14,560 nt of DNA, taken from positions 1-14,560 of the forward strand of contig JBHLPR010000056.1 in the NCBI GenBank assembly GCA_048939245.1. The letters are read 5' to 3'. Every line of letters begins with the position of its first letter. Within the stretch, counting starts at the first letter, position 1. Below the pieces are notes generated by a model. That model saw nothing but the letters and a program-made list of their open reading frames with translations, searched no databases and was not told the origin of the DNA. Positions 10,181-14,560 of this stretch are shown here, one piece after another. Position numbers and translations under genes: made by a program. The stretch is from Promethearchaeota archaeon (GTDB lineage: Archaea > Asgardarchaeota > Hermodarchaeia > Hermodarchaeales > Hermodarchaeaceae).

Positions 10181-10720
10181 GTGCCGTTGAAGATTGTAAT
10201 TGAATCGGAGAAAGATAGGTTTGGTTCGAGAGCCACCGGTGTGATGCTAGACAGGAAGAACCGAATCCTGCTATGTCAATTGGAAGGTGATGATCTCTGG
10301 GTTCTTCCAGGCGGTGGAATAGGCTTGCATGAAACCCTTCAGGAAACCGTTGAGAGAGAACTGTTCGAAGAGGCGAACTTCGAAATAAAGGTCCAACGAC
10401 TCCTCTGGATTATCGAGAATTTCTTCATCTTCCATGCCAAGAAACACCACATCCTTGAATTCTACTTCCTCGTAACACCCAAAGAATCCACAGGAATCTG
10501 GGAACAAGACGAGTTCGAAGGACAAGAAGACTTCCTTGACGCAGACAACTTCTGGAGCCTCCCAGAAGGTAGGACTCCGTTAAACTTCAAATGGTTCGAC
10601 ATCGCAAAACTCAGCGAGATCAACTTCAAACCCACCATCCTCATCGAACTGCTCAAAGACCTCCCAACGTACCCCACCCATGTAGTATGGGATACCTACG
10701 GAAGAAACACCGAAAGTTAA
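10181..10720 (+). CDS. Nudix-family hydrolase
   Basis: Nudix box LPGG-GIGLH-E-TLQETVE-RELFEE (GX5EX7REUXEE). GTG start with a GAGGT SD at 10169-10173. Confidence 0.88.
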   Translation: MPLKIVIESEKDRFGSRATGVMLDRKNRILLCQLEGDDLWVLPGGGIGLHETLQETVERELFEEANFEIKVQRLLWIIENFFIFHAKKHHILEFYFLVTPKESTGIWEQDEFEGQEDFLDADNFWSLPEGRTPLNFKWFDIAKLSEINFKPTILIELLKDLPTYPTHVVWDTYGRNTES

Positions 10721-10763
10721 TCCCCTTCATCCAACACAAAGAAGCTAATAAGAAAAGAAGAAG

Positions 10764-10871
10764 TGGCGCCCGTTCCGGGATTCGAACCCGAGTCCTAGGA
10801 GATCCGCAGATCTATGAGCAGCATAGACCGTTGACAGTCCCAGATGATAGACCTGGCTACACTAAACGGGC
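10764..10871 (-). tRNA. tRNA-Asp(GTC) with a 30-nt canonical 37/38 intron (10802-10831); CCA encoded
   Basis: Acceptor GCCCGTT/AACGGGC-G-CCA; anticodon loop CT-GTC-A|C; T-arm TCGGG-TTCGAAT-CCCGG. Relaxed BHB: central helix CTGT/GCGG, intron hairpin GGTCTATG/CATAGATC. Confidence 0.93.
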
Positions 10872-10944
10872 ACACGTGTTTTTTTGTGGATTCCGTTGTG
10901 GGATTTAAAGATTGCTCTGCTCTGAGTGACTTGTTAGGGGGAGT

Positions 10945-11076
10945 TGGTCCCGGCGCCCGGATTTGAACCAGGAACCATCTGGTATCTGCGTTGGTTGACA
11001 CCGGGTCATTGCCGTGTGGCTCAGGGTGCGGTGTGTACCTACAGCCAGACGCTCTACCAGGTTGAGCTACGCCGGG
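10945..11076 (-). tRNA. tRNA-Tyr(GTA) with a 55-nt canonical 37/38 intron (10984-11038); CCA encoded
   Basis: Acceptor CCCGGCG/CGCCGGG-A-CCA (C1-G72 archaeal Tyr identity); stem TCTGG/CCAGA; loop CT-GTA-G|A; BHB helix CTGT/GCAG. Confidence 0.95.
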
Positions 11077-11103
11077 GTTGCGAAAAATGGTTTGGGTGGC
11101 TGG

Positions 11104-11118
11104 CTTATAAGAGTTTTC
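11104..11118 (-). promoter_or_regulatory. BRE/TATA promoter of tRNA-Tyr
   Basis: Minus strand GAAAACTC-TTATAAG about 28-34 nt upstream of the tRNA 5' end. Confidence 0.65.
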
Positions 11119-11605
11119 AAAGGGTTTTGGTGAAAAGTTGAGTAAGAGTGGTGATGATTTCGTTAGCAGCGTGTTGAACGGGTTCTGAGAGCGGTTGGGT
11201 AAATTCGTCAGTGAATGGTTGGACACCAAGGATGAGGATTGTCGTGGGGATGTTGTTTTCGAGGTATTCGATGAAGAAGGTGAGGGGGAGTTGGTGTGAG
11301 GAGAAGGCGACGCCGCCGATGGTCTCCTTGTCGATGAGCTTGATAGTCCCGGCTTCAGCTTGCATTAGAGCAGCGTCGATAAGGAGGATGAGGTCAGGTT
11401 TTAATTCGATAAGATGACTGATGAAGTTTTCAGGGACGGTGCTGGCGTTGATCAGTTCAATGTGTGGGGGGTTATGGGTTTGGAGTTGTTCAATGACATA
11501 GGGTCCAATGCCATCATCTGCTTTGAGATCATTTCCAACGCCGAGGATGGCAATTTTCGATGAATCGGCAAAGACTGTATTCAGTCGCTGTTTCCAAGTT
11601 GTCAT
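11117..11605 (-). CDS. hycI: Hydrogenase maturation protease, HycI-like (peptidase A31)
   Basis: Motifs ILGVGNDLKADDGIG, STVPENF, LIDAALM, FSSHQLPL, ILGVQP. Start at ATG 11605 or GTG 11608. Confidence 0.88.
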   Translation of the reverse strand: MTTWKQRLNTVFADSSKIAILGVGNDLKADDGIGPYVIEQLQTHNPPHIELINASTVPENFISHLIELKPDLILLIDAALMQAEAGTIKLIDKETIGGVAFSSHQLPLTFFIEYLENNIPTTILILGVQPFTDEFTQPLSEPVQHAANEIITTLTQLFTKTL

Positions 11606-11668
11606 CACGTCAGGGAAACGGTAAGAGTGTTATATAGCTTCGCCTCTTGTCGGTTCAGTAAATGGTAG

Positions 11669-12268
11669 ATGATAATGGCAGAAGAGAAGCATGAAAAATC
11701 GCTCGTAGAGAAAGAAGGCGTTCAACTTCCAGATGAACCCATTCACGCAAGATTGACACGTGGTAAGGTCGTGGTGAGAGATGAGTTCGCCCCACTGCTG
11801 TATAAGGCGGGTTATTATGGGACGCTAAAAAGCGAGAACCGGTTAGTGCTTGAGCCGGAAGAGGCGTTATTGTTAGCTCGCCGTGAACGAATTGTAGTTA
11901 GTGAGATAAAAGGCGAGTTGCTGGATTTTTCGACATTGCTTGAGCGGTTAGGAGAAGGACGAGCTGGTCTCTGGACTCGTTTTTTGGTGTATAGTGATTT
12001 GCGAAGCCGTGGATATGTGGTGCGTACAGGATATGGGAAGGGATTATTATTTCGTGTCTACCCGCGTGGGGCAAAACTGAATGAGGCGACGGCGAAATAT
12101 TTTGTATGTGCAATTTCAGAAGGGGCGCCGCTCAAAGTAGGAGAGCTTGATGCCTTTAGTAAGCAGGCAAAACGGAACCGAAAAAAACTGATGTTGGCAG
12201 TATTGGATCGGCAAGGTGAAACAACCTATTACTTGGTTTCACCTGCTGATATTGTTGCAGAAAAATGA
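11669..12268 (+). CDS. endA: tRNA-splicing endonuclease subunit, probably the structural (beta) subunit
   Basis: EndA fold motifs LEPEEALLL, FLVYSDLRSRGYVVRTG, FRVYPRG, KKLMLAVLDRQGETTYY. The catalytic His is missing (VYPRGAKLNEATAKYFV), and GYG replaces the GxKFG of catalytic units. Confidence 0.88.
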   Translation: MIMAEEKHEKSLVEKEGVQLPDEPIHARLTRGKVVVRDEFAPLLYKAGYYGTLKSENRLVLEPEEALLLARRERIVVSEIKGELLDFSTLLERLGEGRAGLWTRFLVYSDLRSRGYVVRTGYGKGLLFRVYPRGAKLNEATAKYFVCAISEGAPLKVGELDAFSKQAKRNRKKLMLAVLDRQGETTYYLVSPADIVAEK

Positions 12269-12284
12269 GCAATTAGATTGAGAA

Positions 12285-12407
12285 TGGCGGGCCCGCCGGG
12301 AATTTCGACGTTTGTTTCTTGGAACGTTTTCGAACCCGGGATTTCCAGCTTAGGAGGCTGGCGCCTTCTCCGGGGAGAAGTGTCCTATCCGACTTGGCCA
12401 CGGGCCC
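12285..12407 (-). tRNA. tRNA-Arg(CCT) with two non-canonical introns: D-loop 20a/21 (12368-12386, 19 nt) and T-loop 59/60 (12302-12328, 27 nt)
   Basis: Acceptor GGGCCCG/CGGGCCC-G-CCA; anticodon arm CCAGC-CT-CCT-AA-GCTGG. T-loop intron is a strict BHB (TTCG/CGAA, ACGTT/AACGT). D-loop intron has helices TCGG/CCGG and GGA/TCC. Removing both gives a normal 77-nt tRNA. Confidence 0.9.
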
Positions 12408-12454
12408 AGAACATCTAGTGTGGAGAGAGGCTGAAGGTTTATGCATGTTTCGAT

Positions 12455-13141
12455 TCAGCGTTGAAGCAGTTTTGCGCCTTTGTCTTGACCGACGTAGACA
12501 ACATCTGCTTGAGTTGGAAATAGACCGTTTTCAATAACCCCAGGAATCGCATTCAATTGGGCTTCTAGTTGACTTGGGTTGGGAATTTGTGTAAATGTGA
12601 CATCTAAAATGAAATTTCCATTATCTGTGATTAGCGGACCAGCCTTTCGCTTCGCTTGCCGGAGTAGTGGTGAGCCATCCAAGCGTTGAATTCGGTCCAT
12701 GGTGAGTGCCAATGCTTCGGGAAGAACTTCAACGGGAACTGGCATCTTGGTTCCAAGCTTGTCCACCAGTTTGCTACTATCCACAATAATCACGACCTGT
12801 TGAGCGGCTTCCGCCAAGATTTTTTCTCGGAGAAGCGCGGCCCCACCTCCTTTGATTAGAGCTAGTTCGGAATCCACTTCATCAGCACCATCGACCGCAC
12901 ATGCCAAACTGGTTATCGCTCCAAGCGGCACTGTATTGATTCCCGTATCATGAAGGCGTAACTCCGTAGCATGTGAACTGGGAACCGCGGTTAATGTGAT
13001 ATTTTCTGAAACAATTTTCTCGACCAACAAATCAATGAATATCTCAACAGTAGATCCGGTGCCGATGCCAAGGCACATGCCATCTGAAACATGGTTAATC
13101 GCGGCTTCAGCTGCAAATCGCTTTTCGTTATCAACTGTCAA
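12455..13141 (-). CDS. rpiA: Ribose-5-phosphate isomerase A
   Basis: Motifs LGIGTGST, VDGADEVD, IKGGGAALLREKI, ITDNGNFILD, IPGVIENGLF. Likely TTG start at 13141 after a GAGGTG SD (13156-13151); the ORF track extends to 13180. Confidence 0.95.
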   Translation of the reverse strand: MTVDNEKRFAAEAAINHVSDGMCLGIGTGSTVEIFIDLLVEKIVSENITLTAVPSSHATELRLHDTGINTVPLGAITSLACAVDGADEVDSELALIKGGGAALLREKILAEAAQQVVIIVDSSKLVDKLGTKMPVPVEVLPEALALTMDRIQRLDGSPLLRQAKRKAGPLITDNGNFILDVTFTQIPNPSQLEAQLNAIPGVIENGLFPTQADVVYVGQDKGAKLLQR

Positions 13142-13253
13142 CGTGCACAACACCTCACATGACTCGAAGCAACATAGCAATTCAACCCTTCGACCCTTAA
13201 AAAGTCATCATTACCTTGGTGAATAGTACAGACTAGTTTCTGTGAAGAAAAGG

Positions 13254-13330
13254 TGGAGCCTCGGGCGGGATTCGAACCCGCGACCCCTGCCTTACCAAGG
13301 CAGTGCGCTACCATGCTATGCCACCGAGGC
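13254..13330 (-). tRNA. tRNA-Thr(GGT), intronless; CCA encoded
   Basis: GCCTCGG/CCGAGGC-T-CCA; CTGCC-TT-GGT-AA-GGCAG; GCGGG-TTCGAAT-CCCGC. Confidence 0.95.
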
Positions 13331-13343
13331 TCAGCATTTTGAT

Positions 13344-13491
13344 TGGTGCCGAGGGCGGGCTTTCCGCGATGCCCATGAGACGTCGGTTCGAACCCGCGAC
13401 CTCCAGATATCTCAGGCGCCAGAAACGACAATTCTGACCCTTGGGCAAAGCCCTATGAGTCTGGCGCCCTACCAGGCTAGGCAACCTCGGC
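13344..13491 (-). tRNA. Elongator tRNA-Met(CAT) with two introns: 37/38 (13409-13453, 45 nt) and 59/60 (13361-13386, 26 nt)
   Basis: Acceptor GCCGAGG/CCTCGGC-A-CCA (G1-C72, so not initiator); CCAGA-CT-CAT-A|A-TCTGG with BHB CTCA/TGAG; T-loop BHB TTCG/CGGA with CGA/TCG. Spliced length 77 nt. Confidence 0.9.
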
Positions 13492-13513
13492 AGCACTTAA
13501 CCCCAGCGCGTAC

Positions 13514-13532
13514 CTTTTAAGCATTTTTCTCG
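13514..13532 (-). promoter_or_regulatory. BRE/TATA promoter of the tRNA-Met/tRNA-Thr(GGT) unit
   Basis: Minus strand CGAGAAAAATG-CTTAAAAG about 23-30 nt upstream of tRNA-Met. Confidence 0.65.
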
Positions 13533-13574
13533 CCATGCTCACCATACACTCTTTCCCTTCTAATTTTACCTACA

Positions 13575-13590
13575 CGAAGCAATTTTAAGC
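13575..13590 (+). promoter_or_regulatory. BRE/TATA promoter of the tRNA-Leu/tRNA-Thr(TGT) unit
   Basis: CGAAGCAA-TTTTAAGC. This is the only TATA-like box between the divergent tRNA-Met promoter and tRNA-Leu; it implies a start near 13610 and a ~50-nt leader. Confidence 0.55.
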
Positions 13591-13663
13591 ACCAAAACAA
13601 CTTTCTCACGCCACCATCTTTGCGGGGGCGTGTCCAAGGGTATGCGCCCGCAATGACTAAGCG

Positions 13664-13774
13664 GCGGGGGTATCTCCCCAGACGGAGACCCCACAGCCAA
13701 GCTTGGTCAAAGGCGCAGGACTTAAGATCCTGTCTCGTAGGAGTTCCCGGGTTCGAAGCCCGGCCCCCGCACCA
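13664..13774 (+). tRNA. tRNA-Leu(TAA) with a 23-nt intron at position 8/9 (13672-13694); CCA encoded
   Basis: Acceptor GCGGGGG/CCCCCGC-A-CCA; CAGGA-CT-TAA-GA-TCCTG; long variable arm; CCGGG-TTCGAAG-CCCGG. Strict BHB: GGC/GCC, central GGGG/CCCC, bulges GT|A and AC|A, intron stem TCTCC/GGAGA. Spliced length 88 nt. Confidence 0.9.
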
Positions 13775-13821
13775 CACCCCTCCGACAAATTAATCAACCG
13801 TGTATGTATAACTGAAAACGA

Positions 13822-13896
13822 GCCTCCGTGGCCTAGTGGTAGGGCTATAGCCTTGTAAGCTATCGATCCCGGGTTCAAATCCCGGCGGAGGCTCCA
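13822..13896 (+). tRNA. tRNA-Thr(TGT), intronless; CCA encoded
   Basis: GCCTCCG/CGGAGGC-T-CCA; ATAGC-CT-TGT-AA-GCTAT; CCGGG-TTCAAAT-CCCGG. Confidence 0.95.
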
Positions 13897-13943
13897 ATTT
13901 TGTTTATGAGTTTTTAGATATTTTTGAGCTGTTCATTGTTGAA

Positions 13944-14560
13944 ATGAAAAAAGTGGACATTCTTACTGTTTCACGGGCTTTGGATGAAGCGAAGGTATGG
14001 CATAAGATTCAAAGTGATTTTATCTGCACTAAAAAAACACGAGTAAAGATTCCGAAGATCAACGATAAGGTTGCCTACCTTGCAGGAGTGATTACTGGTG
14101 ATGGGTATCTGACTAGGTGTAAAAGGAAAAATGGTTATTACCACTACCTAGTGGGAATTGTGGGTCGCCGAGAATTCACTGAAGAAGTGTTAAACTTGAT
14201 TAGAAATATCTTCCATTATAAGCCAGGTTTTTACAAAGACAAAAGAAAGAACAATTGTTATTATGTTAATATCTGCTCTGTGGCGGTTTTTTTCTTTTTC
14301 ATTGAATTGGGTTTTCAATCAGGAAAGAAACGAAATATTAGGGTGCCCTCGTTGATTGCAGACGATGCTTCGCTCTTTAAGCATTATATGTGCGGGTTAA
14401 TTGATACGGATGGTTTTATTGACAAGAAGAGAGTGCAATTGAAGCAGAAGGACAAGGGTTTTCTGAAAGAGCTTGTGGGTCTTTTGAAGAAGCATTTCGG
14501 GATTATTTCAAGGCCTCCGAAGGTTAATTTCACGGAAGGAAAGCCGTACTATTACATTCG
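13944..14560 (+). CDS. Free-standing two-motif LAGLIDADG homing-endonuclease-like protein; runs off the right edge
   Basis: Not in the ORF track. Open frame from ATG 13944 to the window end (205 codons): MKKVDIL...VAYLAGVITGDGYL...GKKRNIRVPSLI...HYMCGLIDTDGFI... Both motifs keep the acidic residue. Confidence 0.85.
   Translation, partial: MKKVDILTVSRALDEAKVWHKIQSDFICTKKTRVKIPKINDKVAYLAGVITGDGYLTRCKRKNGYYHYLVGIVGRREFTEEVLNLIRNIFHYKPGFYKDKRKNNCYYVNICSVAVFFFFIELGFQSGKKRNIRVPSLIADDASLFKHYMCGLIDTDGFIDKKRVQLKQKDKGFLKELVGLLKKHFGIISRPPKVNFTEGKPYYYI

Noticed and set aside
13622-13670. tRNA-Leu starting at the upstream GCGGGGG (13622) with an extra 42-nt intron, or a split/permuted tRNA
   Set aside because: No register I tested gives a proper BHB (the leader hairpin has only a 2-nt bulge), and GCCACCA at 13610 is not preceded by a T-arm.
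10795-13878. ORFs overlapping tRNA genes (e.g. 10795-11229, 13138-13431, 13242-13520, 13517-13777)
   Set aside because: They are translations of GC-rich tRNA sequence.
13906-13917. Earlier ATG for the LAGLIDADG ORF
   Set aside because: Different frame; it ends at TAG after three codons.

Overview
Archaeal core-genome window, probably from a TACK or Asgard lineage (inference from the unsplit rpoB, split rpoA1/rpoA2, no EF-2 gene between rps7 and EF-1alpha, and a non-catalytic-type tRNA-splicing endonuclease subunit). Positions 1-9750 (minus strand) carry the conserved cluster rpoB-rpoA1-rpoA2-rpl30e-nusA-rps12-rps7-EF-1alpha(partial). The usual upstream rpoH is absent, and a ~220-nt GC-rich, self-complementary leader lies in front of rpoB. 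The right third holds a Nudix hydrolase, a HycI-type hydrogenase maturation protease, a His-less (structural) EndA subunit, rpiA, seven CCA-encoding tRNA genes with seven BHB introns (four at non-canonical sites), and a free-standing two-motif LAGLIDADG ORF that runs off the window end. The strongest finding is tRNA-Leu(TAA): it has a strict BHB intron at position 8/9, and its ~50-nt 5' leader is complementary in four nested blocks to the tRNA's own D-loop, anticodon-stem strand and 3' acceptor strand. This looks like a cis-encoded refolding 'splint' that would make an acceptor-proximal intron spliceable. All pairings were worked out by hand; none were computed.
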